A program made the translations under genes and the position numbers. The notes under the pieces are model-generated. The model was given only the letters and a program-made list of their open reading frames with translations, was not told the DNA's origin and made no database searches. Positions 45,441 to 55,023 of a stretch of DNA of 64,000 nt are shown piece by piece. The stretch comes from a virus. The stretch spans positions 1 to 64,000 of IMG/VR virus record IMGVR_UViG_3300042400_000421. One strand, given 5' to 3'. Each line of letters opens with the position of its first letter. Within the stretch, counting starts at the first letter, position 1.

Positions 45441-46607
45441 TTAATCAAGCCAGCATGTATATTCTGCTGTAACAATTCCTCTTTCTGGATGAACAAACAT
45501 CAACGGTTGAGATGCTTGACCGATAGCAGCAAGACTCTCCATAGCGTAAGTATTAGTTGACTCAGGGCTTCCTGAGATACGACACTGCACACTGTTAAAT
45601 GTCATCTTAGTTGGGGTATGGAAATGACCAAAGTAAACATCATCAAATGGCTCTTCAATTGCTCCAACTTTCCATCCAAAGATTTTCTTTTGGAATGAAT
45701 AAAAAGTTGAAAGACTGCCAAATTGATCACCGTGAATAAGCAATGACTTATAGTTGCCAATTGTATCAATTGCGTACCAGTTTCTTTCTCCACGACCATC
45801 GGGGATGTGGAACTTAATACGCTTTTCATTCTCAAACATAAGTTGAAGAATCCTATAAAGCATACGATCACCATTAGTTTCAGGATCATGGTCACGCCTT
45901 GCACGACCTCCAACTGAGCCATGATTACCAATTACACCAACAAATGTAACTGTCTCAAAATTCTCAAGCATTTTAGTAACAAAGTTCTTTAAAATTCTTG
46001 GCCCATCAACAGTAATTTGACGATATAAACCACCATCAATTAAAAATGATTGACCAGGGAAAATTAATTCTCCCTCAATAATGTCTCCTAATGCCCAAAT
46101 ATGCAAGTGCTTAACTGGGTGTTCTGCTCTTTGAATTTCTGTCAACTTAATAACAGTTTCTGCATACTGCTCAATTCTGCGCTCACATATTTCAGAGTTA
46201 TAAGTAGGTGTTACCTTAGCAAGTTGCCAGTCTGCTAGAACAGCAACAGCAACTTCCTCAGAAGCCTTTCTCTTATCTTTTGCAGGAGTTGGAATGCGAT
46301 CAATTTTATTGTCCGCAATGTCCTCTTTTACTGCACGATAAACGGCACTTGCAAGTTCAGTACTCTTGCCCTTAAGTTTTTCATACTCTTGCAAAAGCTT
46401 TGCATATGAAACCTTAAGTTCTGATTCATTTGTCGGTGTTTTTCCAACCACCGGATTTACAGGGATTTCCACAAATCCATTTTCTTTTCTAAATTTACAC
46501 AGACCCATTGAGTCAATAGACTTTCTACAACTTGCATCTGCGTATTTTTGGTTTTGTGTATTTGGTTCAAAGGTCTGATTACAGCCTTCTGCTCCACATT
46601 CTTTCAT
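45441..46607 (-). CDS. calcineurin-like metallophosphoesterase/nuclease
   Basis: LADWQ, LGDIIEG, GNHG, HGD, GHFH. Confidence 0.85.
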   Translation of the reverse strand: MKECGAEGCNQTFEPNTQNQKYADASCRKSIDSMGLCKFRKENGFVEIPVNPVVGKTPTNESELKVSYAKLLQEYEKLKGKSTELASAVYRAVKEDIADNKIDRIPTPAKDKRKASEEVAVAVLADWQLAKVTPTYNSEICERRIEQYAETVIKLTEIQRAEHPVKHLHIWALGDIIEGELIFPGQSFLIDGGLYRQITVDGPRILKNFVTKMLENFETVTFVGVIGNHGSVGGRARRDHDPETNGDRMLYRILQLMFENEKRIKFHIPDGRGERNWYAIDTIGNYKSLLIHGDQFGSLSTFYSFQKKIFGWKVGAIEEPFDDVYFGHFHTPTKMTFNSVQCRISGSPESTNTYAMESLAAIGQASQPLMFVHPERGIVTAEYTCWLD

Positions 46608-46648
46608 TCGGACTCCTTCGTAGTCTCGAATATCATACCATAGGAAAG

Positions 46649-47086
46649 TTAGATATTTGACCTTTTAAGTCTATTTTCTATGGGTTTATTTTGAGCATGA
46701 TTTCTCTTTTTAGTATGGGGTTTTGTATTCTTTACAGTCTCTCTCATCTTTGTTTTATGAGCAGCTGAGGACTTATGACCTTCTTTATGCAATGCACTAT
46801 GTTCTATATGAGTACATAAAAAAAGATTATCTAAACGATTGTCATCTTTAATTTCATTAATATGATGGACCGTTTCCCAAGGCTGCAAATAGCGTTGCAC
46901 GTACTCTTCCATAACAAGTCTATGCTCATAAGCATAACCACGAATATTCTTTGGGTGATCTGTTTTTAATACCCTGACGTAACCTTTATCGTCAATGTAC
47001 TTTCCACCATTATAGTTTGCACTATCTTCGCCAGAAGGCGGTTTGTCTGACCAACTCACATCTTTACGCTGTGATGCAAGAGCCAA
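46649..47086 (-). CDS. HNH endonuclease
   Basis: YEHRLVME...VHHINEIKDDNRLDNL. Confidence 0.88.
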   Translation of the reverse strand: MALASQRKDVSWSDKPPSGEDSANYNGGKYIDDKGYVRVLKTDHPKNIRGYAYEHRLVMEEYVQRYLQPWETVHHINEIKDDNRLDNLFLCTHIEHSALHKEGHKSSAAHKTKMRETVKNTKPHTKKRNHAQNKPIENRLKRSNI

Positions 47087-47088
47087 GG

Positions 47089-47730
47089 TTATGCAACTCC
47101 ACCGATATCTTCGATATAGAATTGAACTAGTGACGAATCAGTAAGCGCCCATGTACTTGGGTTTGCAGAACTTGCACCAGCGATTCTTTGTACTTCAATA
47201 AAGAATGATTCGTTAACTTCATCTGAAGAATAAATTGAAGAGTAAACTCCAGCCCCAAAAGTCTTTCCAGTTCTTAAAGTTGTATTTGCAATATTCGCAC
47301 CACCACTGACTAAGTTGATAAAAGTTCCAATTCCAGAATTAAGTGTGTATGTTGTTATTGTATTACCACTACTTACTCCATTTCCTTTGCAAAACCTAAT
47401 CTCGTATCGGCTATCTTCTCCACCAGAACTCGCTTGGGTTATTCCAGGAAGATGAAGAGTTAATCTATAATATCTTGTTGACTCAACTGTAACACGATTA
47501 TCAGCACCTCCGACTAAATCAAGAGAGGCTAATTTGACATTGGCAAACTCTGCTGAGACTGAGGAGCCATTAGTAATGACAGTATTAGAAATTTTAAGAA
47601 GACCTTTAGGCTTATCTTCATTAAAAATTTTAACCTGCTCAATATTAGTAGACATCTGGTTAAGACGAACGCTACTAATCGGGGTTAAATCTGTCCATGT
47701 AACAAGGGAGTAGTTTGTATAGTCAGCCAT
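47089..47730 (-). CDS. minor tail protein
   Basis: VTWTDLTPISSVRLNQM N-terminus; beta-rich; end of tail operon. Confidence 0.65.
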   Translation of the reverse strand: MADYTNYSLVTWTDLTPISSVRLNQMSTNIEQVKIFNEDKPKGLLKISNTVITNGSSVSAEFANVKLASLDLVGGADNRVTVESTRYYRLTLHLPGITQASSGGEDSRYEIRFCKGNGVSSGNTITTYTLNSGIGTFINLVSGGANIANTTLRTGKTFGAGVYSSIYSSDEVNESFFIEVQRIAGASSANPSTWALTDSSLVQFYIEDIGGVA

Positions 47731-47739
47731 ATCTATCTA

Positions 47740-49677
47740 TTATACACCTTCTGAAGTTTGTCCGCTGCTCTCTAGCTCTTCAACTCTTGCTGTCAATTCT
47801 TGAATAGCTCTAACTGCAATCGACATAATTGCATTCTCTTTATACATTGTAGGCTTAATATCTTCAAAATCTTCTTCTAAAGAAAAAGGTGTTCTATCGA
47901 CACGATCAAATTTTCCAGGATCAGTCGCTTCATATGACAATAGTGACACATCTATTTGGTCTTGAACTTCTTCAATGTCTTCAATAATAAACCCGGCTTC
48001 AGTACTGAGTTGTCTAAGAGCATAAGTGTAGTCAGTATCCCTTTCATTGCGCTTCACTGTGAACTTGACTGGGCGCAACTTCTTTAATATGTTCGTAGCA
48101 GCAACGCTAGGGTCTTCATCAAAATACTCAATGTTTTCTTTAATTGCTCGTGTTGACGATCTGAAATAAAGAAATCCGTCTAATCTAAGCACAGCGCTTC
48201 CACCAGTAGCTAGACCCGGAAACTGTGAACAGGAAACAAAGCCATTGGCTCTTGTTGATAAGGCAATACCCCCACCACTTCTTTGTGATTCAAACATGAT
48301 GCCTTCAGCGTCATTACCTTGGCTTGTTGTCAAAGAGAAATTAGAAACAGTTGCGCCCCCCAATGGCATCAATGATGGTTTAGAAGTTATTTCCGAATAT
48401 GAATGTGTATGACTAGAAGTTGCATATGTATTTGCAACACCGCCATAAACTTGAAGTGTTCCACCGCTTGTGATGCAAACTAACTTATTGCTAGATGTTG
48501 TGGATGGATCATCATATAAAGCAGTCGCATTGACCACACGCATGGTTCCGGTTGAAACGCTGTCAGAGTCTCCACCAAGATATGTGTATGTGCCTCTTCC
48601 TCTAATTCCATAACCAGAACCGACCCAGATATTAGTAGCTGACTCAAGATACAGCCCCGCACGAATTACGGATGATGTTATAGAGCTAGTAAGATCAGTT
48701 CCATTTGTCGTTCCTCTTACGGTTATTCCAGCGTCAGTATCATTTATATCGACATTTACCCAATAATCATTACCAATAATATTATCAACATATTTATAGG
48801 CTATAAAATGTCCAGAAGCGTCTATTTTTACATATTCTCCAACTGCACTAAGTGCAACTTCATCACCTGCTACCAAGTTACCACCAGTAACATCTAAACC
48901 GCCAACAGAACCTGCTGCTAAAGCACCTCTGACAGTTACATTATTAAATTCAGCATTTCCATCTGCGCCTATTCTAAACCCAGCAGAGCCAGCAGAAAAA
49001 CCATTACTTTGAATTTCACTTGCATTAATATTAATACCACCAATGAAACCATCAGTAATTGCATCGCCATTGTCAAAAGTGCCAGGCGTTGAACCATCAG
49101 GAAATTGCAGAGTTCCTTTTATTGTCAAGGTACTTCCATTCCAAGTAAAATTGCTTCCTAAAGAAAAATATCCACCTATGTTTGCAAATATTGGCGTATT
49201 AGTGTTTGCATAAACACCAGTTCCAGCAACTAAGTTTCCTCTAATCTGAATGTTATTAAAAATTCCAGTACCATTACTGTAAATAGCCCATCCAGTTTGA
49301 GTTGTTGTATTGTTAATAAAGTTATTACTTCTAATAATATTATTAACTAATACAATATTAGAGGATAACTCATCTGCCGTAATAGTTCCTGCAATAATCT
49401 CTCTGGCAGAAATGGCATTGGCCTGAATGCGAATACCTGCAGGATTTAAAACCCTACCCTCAATAGTGTCAATAATAAAAGTTTTAAGAACATTTTTATT
49501 ATTCTGCTGTCTTGCAGACCTAGAAGTATCTCTAGCGTTTTCAGTAGCAACAAAATCAAACATTGAATATTTTGATGTATCAATCAGTGTAGAGGTAAGA
49601 CCATCATGCTTATGCCCCTCAACCCTTTTAAAAGTTACTTGGCCTTCACTTATTACAACATTAGATTTAGCAGCCAT
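47740..49677 (-). CDS. tail fibre/spike with C-terminal intramolecular chaperone (peptidase S74)
   Basis: Gly/Asn-rich repeats; SSTRAIKENI...LRPVKF...GFIIE...AIQELTARVEELE. Confidence 0.85.
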   Translation of the reverse strand: MAAKSNVVISEGQVTFKRVEGHKHDGLTSTLIDTSKYSMFDFVATENARDTSRSARQQNNKNVLKTFIIDTIEGRVLNPAGIRIQANAISAREIIAGTITADELSSNIVLVNNIIRSNNFINNTTTQTGWAIYSNGTGIFNNIQIRGNLVAGTGVYANTNTPIFANIGGYFSLGSNFTWNGSTLTIKGTLQFPDGSTPGTFDNGDAITDGFIGGININASEIQSNGFSAGSAGFRIGADGNAEFNNVTVRGALAAGSVGGLDVTGGNLVAGDEVALSAVGEYVKIDASGHFIAYKYVDNIIGNDYWVNVDINDTDAGITVRGTTNGTDLTSSITSSVIRAGLYLESATNIWVGSGYGIRGRGTYTYLGGDSDSVSTGTMRVVNATALYDDPSTTSSNKLVCITSGGTLQVYGGVANTYATSSHTHSYSEITSKPSLMPLGGATVSNFSLTTSQGNDAEGIMFESQRSGGGIALSTRANGFVSCSQFPGLATGGSAVLRLDGFLYFRSSTRAIKENIEYFDEDPSVAATNILKKLRPVKFTVKRNERDTDYTYALRQLSTEAGFIIEDIEEVQDQIDVSLLSYEATDPGKFDRVDRTPFSLEEDFEDIKPTMYKENAIMSIAVRAIQELTARVEELESSGQTSEGV

Positions 49678-52600
49678 TAAACAACCTTCCTTAAAACAAG
49701 AGAATGAGATATAGACTCACCATAAGAGAATTCTTGTGATGTAACCCAATACTCTCCATCAATTATATCAAATGCATCTAATGCACCAATCTTAATACGA
49801 TCCCCAAGCTGAATTGTTGGAATTGCCATTATGCTGACATTGATAATAGGGACTGGCTCACTCATCTTTTCAATGATAAATTTAGCAATCTTGCTGGCAT
49901 GCTCAAGTGATGTTATGTATGGGCTATCAATAGTTAATTCTTTTAATCCATATTTTCTTATATTCTCTTGGAGCAATTCTGTCTGTTCGCTCACTTGCTC
50001 AGTGCTTGAAACAACTGTGACTGGAATGCCAGAAATGGAGGTAAAATATTCCTTCTCACTGATGGGGTCTTTCCCTTGTGCGTAAACAATTGCACCATAG
50101 TCGTTTTGATCAGAAGCTGCGATAACTAATTTTGCACTATAGCCACTATACTCAAACTTAAGAATATTGATTATATCTGGATTTTCATCATTAATACCAA
50201 TAATAAAAGGTTGATTAACACCAATTGCCGGAGATTTATCATAGTTAATCTGAAAATATCTTGCTTCTCTAACCTTTGTGTCGGCATCAAAGGCAAGAGC
50301 AGTCGTGTCAAACTGAGCTCTTTCAACCTCAAGAAATGATGTGTCAGTTTTAGATTTATATTTAATAATCTCAGTTTTAACTTCTGAACTCACAGTTTTG
50401 CTTAGTGCTAAATATCCAGTGTTAGAAAATATAGGGTCAGTTGTAGTAGATACAGGAATCAATGTATCGTCTAGTGTAATGTCAGATGTTAATTTTACAA
50501 CTGCTAAAGTAGTAGGGCTAGGTGCAGTCCAAAGAGGTTGAGTACCTGAGTCAATATTTGCAACCGAACTAATTTTTACAACAACTTTATTAGTCTGCAA
50601 TTGGCTAGTGTAATCACTACTTATAATGTCTGATGAATCATTGATTGTATATTGGACATTTGCATGTTGATCAATTGATTCCTCAAAGAAGCGATTATAT
50701 GACTCATATCTAGCATAACCTTCTTCATCAATATAGAAACGACCTAAATCTCCGAGAGTAATTGCATCAACTGCTTCTCTGATATGCCCAATTCCTGAGT
50801 ATAGGAATGGGAATGTTTGAGGAGTGTCAACCTGTGATGATATATATCTATTAAGGACATCTGCAGCAGACAAAGTTTTTTTATAGATAGCAAATTCATC
50901 AAATATAAAATCACGGCCTGTTACGATTGGGACTTCTCCAACTCCCGCAGTAAATGAAGCACCTCGCCCCCCGATTGTAATATCACCTGTTTGTGTAACA
51001 ATATTTCCAACAAGAGTTGTTTGCCCTTCCATTGAGCCATTTAGGTAATATTTTAATTTTTTATCATCAGTATTATATGTTGCAACAATATGATAAAAAG
51101 TATCATTAATTAGCTCAGATGTTCCAGTTGCTGAATAAGTTCCGGAAGATGTTTTTATCTTAATACCATGTGATGAATCATCATTGAAATAAAACTCATA
51201 CCCATTTGCTGGAGATGAATTTGCCCATGTTGACAAGTACTCTCCTGAACCAGTTGTAAAATGACCGTCATAAAATTTAGCAATAAGTTCAATAGAGAAA
51301 TCTTTTTCACTTATAGTAATTGATGAATGGTTTGGAATTCTTACATAGCCATTATCAATTAATAGAATTCCACGATTATTTTCCTCAGTTGTAATGCTGT
51401 CAGCATAGGCTAACTGAACATTGGAAGATAAAAAACCATCGTTTTGATGATGACTTAATGCGACATTACCAATGCTGTATGAACCAAGTGCTTCGTTGGA
51501 ATTACGCCCCCCTAACCCATCTCTTGCGACTACGGATCTAACTTCAGAACTTGGCATAAGCGTATATGCTAAAGATGAATTCCCCCTGTAAAGACCGATA
51601 GAGAAGTTTGCATCGCCAGAGCCATGCCAAAATTCAACCCTTAAGCGATAGGGGATACCGGCTTCTAGATTTAAAAAACTATTACCTCTAAAAGTGTAGG
51701 CTGAAAAGTCAGCAGAGGAAGTTGCATCTCTCCTAGTATCAATAATAAGTAAATCATCTAAATAAACTCTTGCCCCGCCATTTGCAATCCTAAGCATTAA
51801 GTCTTGATTGCCACTATTTAATGGCATGTAATAACCATCAACAACTCCATTAAAGTATTTTGTAAAAGTCTCTGAGGTTAATATTGAAGTAAAAGTATAG
51901 TTACTATATGATAGTGCGTGAACTGCTGAACCGGGGTTCTCTGTTGTTAAAACTGTATTGTCAGGTGTTGAAAAAGATTTGACACCTGCAATCTTCTCTT
52001 CAATAGAAAGATTCTTTTCAAGAACATCAACTTTTATATTCTTATATTCTTCTAACTTATCGCTTCTCATTCCCCAAAAGCGAGCTCTTAATCCTGGTTC
52101 TAATGATGCAATAGAGCCTGTCTTGTCAATTGAGTTCTCACTAAATGAATAACTAGCAACTGCTCCATAATTAACACCATCTTTTGAATAAGCGGATGTT
52201 TGTTTAAATTTACTCTTTGGAAAATTAGCTTGCATTAAAAGATTCAATACACCACTCCCTACCGTTGAGTTTTCAACAAGAAAGCCATTTGTTAAGTTCT
52301 TCTCAGAAAGGAACTTAGAAAAATCACTAGCTTTAATTGAAACAGTCATGTCAGAAGTTGAAGATGCCCATTCGTCTACATAATATGTTCCCATATCTAC
52401 ATATTCATAAGGATCAAATTGAACGATTGCGCTGTCAGCATGGGCTATAGGGTCAGAGTCGTAATATCCACGCTCTAGAAAACTTACCGTATTTGTACCA
52501 GTTACGGTGTTACAAAGTATAATTTCGCGGCTCTCGTTGTCTGGGTCAATAGTGACATAGAAAGAGCCTGACGGGCCTCCTGATGGGAATATGGCGGTAT

Positions 52601-53570
52601 CTAGCACCGTCATTGAAGTCGCAGAATTAGAGAGGCTTTCTGCCAAATGGGTGTGAGAAAGAATGTCGTCTGTTTTTTTAATTCTCCAGCCAGTAGCAAC
52701 TGTTACCTTCAAGTCTTTCTTCATATATTTGCCATAGCCAGTTGTTTGATTAAAAGCATTCCATTGCTTATCCGTATTATCTAATTTAATATTTACGCTA
52801 GGGCTCTGTGTTCCGCCAATTGGGAGACTTGACTCATGTGTATCTCTAGACCTTGACACTGAGTAATCAATTACTTCATCTGTAATGTCAAGTTCATATA
52901 TTGGTGCAATCTCATGTATTCTTGCAACATCCGACCCATTTTTGGTAGAAATAACAGTAAAGATTATTTTGGCAGCATTATATGAGGCATTAGATGCATT
53001 TGTAGACTTTAAATAAAAATCTTTATAGTATTCATCTTCAGTAAGTGTTACTGTTTTATCAAGCAAATCAATAAAGGTAGCACTTTGAACACGAATTCTA
53101 AATTGTTTAATTTGACCTAAGCTTTCTGATGTTACAACTCTAACCTTATTTACTTTTCTTTCATCAAATGTAATTGTCAGAACTGGAGAAGAGGCAAAAA
53201 CACCATTTGCTTGACTCTTAGTTTTTGACCACCAGCCAAACTCATAATCATCTTCTAGGACTGCCGGAGTTGCATGGAATCTTCCATCAGCTTTAATGAC
53301 AGTTCCATCTTTTTCTTTAGCATCGCATACAGCCCAAGTAAAAGACTCTTGCTCATATCCATTCATTAATTGATTATTAGTAAAATAATAACCAACAGAA
53401 CCTTTAGTGTTTACGGTATGGACATCAGTATTGGTAATAACAACATTTGACAAGTGCCTACTATCTAGTAAGTCAATTGTAATCTTTGGTTTTACTACCT
53501 GTGAATACCCAGAGATGGCTGAGCTGAAAAAGGTAGACAGTGTTTTACCATATATGTCATTCTTTATCAT
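49677..53570 (-). CDS. large minor tail protein with PA14-like and LamG-like domains
   Basis: GARVYLDD...LEAGIPYRLRVEF (PA14-like); FYHIVATY...YYLNG...DEFAIYKKTLS (LamG-like). Confidence 0.8.
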   Translation of the reverse strand: MIKNDIYGKTLSTFFSSAISGYSQVVKPKITIDLLDSRHLSNVVITNTDVHTVNTKGSVGYYFTNNQLMNGYEQESFTWAVCDAKEKDGTVIKADGRFHATPAVLEDDYEFGWWSKTKSQANGVFASSPVLTITFDERKVNKVRVVTSESLGQIKQFRIRVQSATFIDLLDKTVTLTEDEYYKDFYLKSTNASNASYNAAKIIFTVISTKNGSDVARIHEIAPIYELDITDEVIDYSVSRSRDTHESSLPIGGTQSPSVNIKLDNTDKQWNAFNQTTGYGKYMKKDLKVTVATGWRIKKTDDILSHTHLAESLSNSATSMTVLDTAIFPSGGPSGSFYVTIDPDNESREIILCNTVTGTNTVSFLERGYYDSDPIAHADSAIVQFDPYEYVDMGTYYVDEWASSTSDMTVSIKASDFSKFLSEKNLTNGFLVENSTVGSGVLNLLMQANFPKSKFKQTSAYSKDGVNYGAVASYSFSENSIDKTGSIASLEPGLRARFWGMRSDKLEEYKNIKVDVLEKNLSIEEKIAGVKSFSTPDNTVLTTENPGSAVHALSYSNYTFTSILTSETFTKYFNGVVDGYYMPLNSGNQDLMLRIANGGARVYLDDLLIIDTRRDATSSADFSAYTFRGNSFLNLEAGIPYRLRVEFWHGSGDANFSIGLYRGNSSLAYTLMPSSEVRSVVARDGLGGRNSNEALGSYSIGNVALSHHQNDGFLSSNVQLAYADSITTEENNRGILLIDNGYVRIPNHSSITISEKDFSIELIAKFYDGHFTTGSGEYLSTWANSSPANGYEFYFNDDSSHGIKIKTSSGTYSATGTSELINDTFYHIVATYNTDDKKLKYYLNGSMEGQTTLVGNIVTQTGDITIGGRGASFTAGVGEVPIVTGRDFIFDEFAIYKKTLSAADVLNRYISSQVDTPQTFPFLYSGIGHIREAVDAITLGDLGRFYIDEEGYARYESYNRFFEESIDQHANVQYTINDSSDIISSDYTSQLQTNKVVVKISSVANIDSGTQPLWTAPSPTTLAVVKLTSDITLDDTLIPVSTTTDPIFSNTGYLALSKTVSSEVKTEIIKYKSKTDTSFLEVERAQFDTTALAFDADTKVREARYFQINYDKSPAIGVNQPFIIGINDENPDIINILKFEYSGYSAKLVIAASDQNDYGAIVYAQGKDPISEKEYFTSISGIPVTVVSSTEQVSEQTELLQENIRKYGLKELTIDSPYITSLEHASKIAKFIIEKMSEPVPIINVSIMAIPTIQLGDRIKIGALDAFDIIDGEYWVTSQEFSYGESISHSLVLRKVV

Positions 53571-54565
53571 TATGCCTCTTCCAATGTCAAACTACAGTCA
53601 AAATAGTATACACCATCAGATAAATCTCTTCTTAGCAGAGTTTCTGAATATGACCTCACAAATACATTATAAGTTGTCTCTGTGTAAGGAGTTAAGCCGT
53701 TTTGATCTTGATTAATGACTTTAAGGACATGTACATCGGGGTCTTCTGAGACTGAAGAAATAAAGTCCCTTCCGTGTCTAGTATCAACTGTCTTCTCCAT
53801 AAAGTTTGGCAAAAATCTCCATGACAATGAGAAAGTCTTTCTTCCCGACTCCGATGCTCTTTTATAATATCTATTTTTTCTATTATTCCAATTTCTATTT
53901 TCAATAAAAGATGGTGCTATAGAAATATCAAATTCTCTATTATGATTTGTTAATGGCTTACCATCGAGAATTAAAAATGTTCTTATAGAAGAATAATCTA
54001 TAAATGAAGGACTAAATCTCACTGGGGGATTAATATTAGCTTTAGAAACTAAACGAATTAAAGCTAAACCAAAAACAATTTCACCAGCAAGAAATGATGT
54101 AGATGTTGTAACACCGACCACTGATCTACCATTAACAGTTTTAATGGCATTAATTTGCGCCGTTGTTGTTACTGCAATATCAGTATGAGCCTTGGTGATT
54201 CTTGTCCCCGTCATCACAAGTGAAGAAACAATATCTACTGCAGAGGATGCCTTAGCAACCTTCATTGCAGATGCTGTAACGGATGTTTCCGAATCTAAAT
54301 GAATCAAACCTTGCAATATCTCGGTAGGGGTAGAAGTTTTAGATATTGATAAATCGATTGATGAGCTTGCAAATGAAATTTTTGAACTAGAGAATGCGGA
54401 TGACGATTGTATTTCTGAAGAAGATATCCCTGTTGCAATAGTAATTGCAGATGCCGTTACTGATATTGAAAGATCATTAATAAAAGCGCTAGCAGCAAGT
54501 CCACCAACATAGAAGTCAATATCCTTAGCCTGTGGTCCTATATTAAACTTTTCATCACCAGCCAT
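53570..54565 (-). CDS. minor tail protein
   Basis: Ser/Ala/Thr repeat N-terminus; C-terminus KTFSLSWRFLP...VDTRHG resembles the adjacent gene. Confidence 0.75.
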   Translation of the reverse strand: MAGDEKFNIGPQAKDIDFYVGGLAASAFINDLSISVTASAITIATGISSSEIQSSSAFSSSKISFASSSIDLSISKTSTPTEILQGLIHLDSETSVTASAMKVAKASSAVDIVSSLVMTGTRITKAHTDIAVTTTAQINAIKTVNGRSVVGVTTSTSFLAGEIVFGLALIRLVSKANINPPVRFSPSFIDYSSIRTFLILDGKPLTNHNREFDISIAPSFIENRNWNNRKNRYYKRASESGRKTFSLSWRFLPNFMEKTVDTRHGRDFISSVSEDPDVHVLKVINQDQNGLTPYTETTYNVFVRSYSETLLRRDLSDGVYYFDCSLTLEEA

Positions 54566-55023
54566 TACTGCTCCTCCAACCCAAGGCTTACATCATAATA
54601 AGCACAATTAGTTTGTAAGTCTCTTCTTAGCAATCTTTCACTATATGAATTAATATAACATGTATATGCTCTATATTCATCATTTGGATCTAGTTTGATT
54701 AATAAATAAACAAGCCCTCTTGTCTGAGCTAGAATATTCAAATAATCACGACCTTTTCTGCCATCGGCGGTTTTATCTTGGAGAGTAGGGAGATATTTAA
54801 ATGACAAAGAAAATGTTCTTTTATTCTTTTGCACATATCTTTTAATACGCCCTCTTGCCAATTCAACATCAGAGCCAGATTGATTTATTTCTGATGAAAA
54901 TGTTCTTCCATGTTCTGTAATCTCACACCCCTGTTTTTGCAACGCTGTAAGAGATTCAAACGGAGTTGCGCTAATCAAAACAAGATGAGTGAGCCCTGTT
55001 TGCTGGTTCTGAACAGCGACCAT
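54565..55023 (-). CDS. minor tail (distal tail-like) protein
   Basis: Directly after the TMP; KRTFSLSFKYLP...TADGRKG. Confidence 0.75.
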   Translation of the reverse strand: MVAVQNQQTGLTHLVLISATPFESLTALQKQGCEITEHGRTFSSEINQSGSDVELARGRIKRYVQKNKRTFSLSFKYLPTLQDKTADGRKGRDYLNILAQTRGLVYLLIKLDPNDEYRAYTCYINSYSERLLRRDLQTNCAYYDVSLGLEEQ

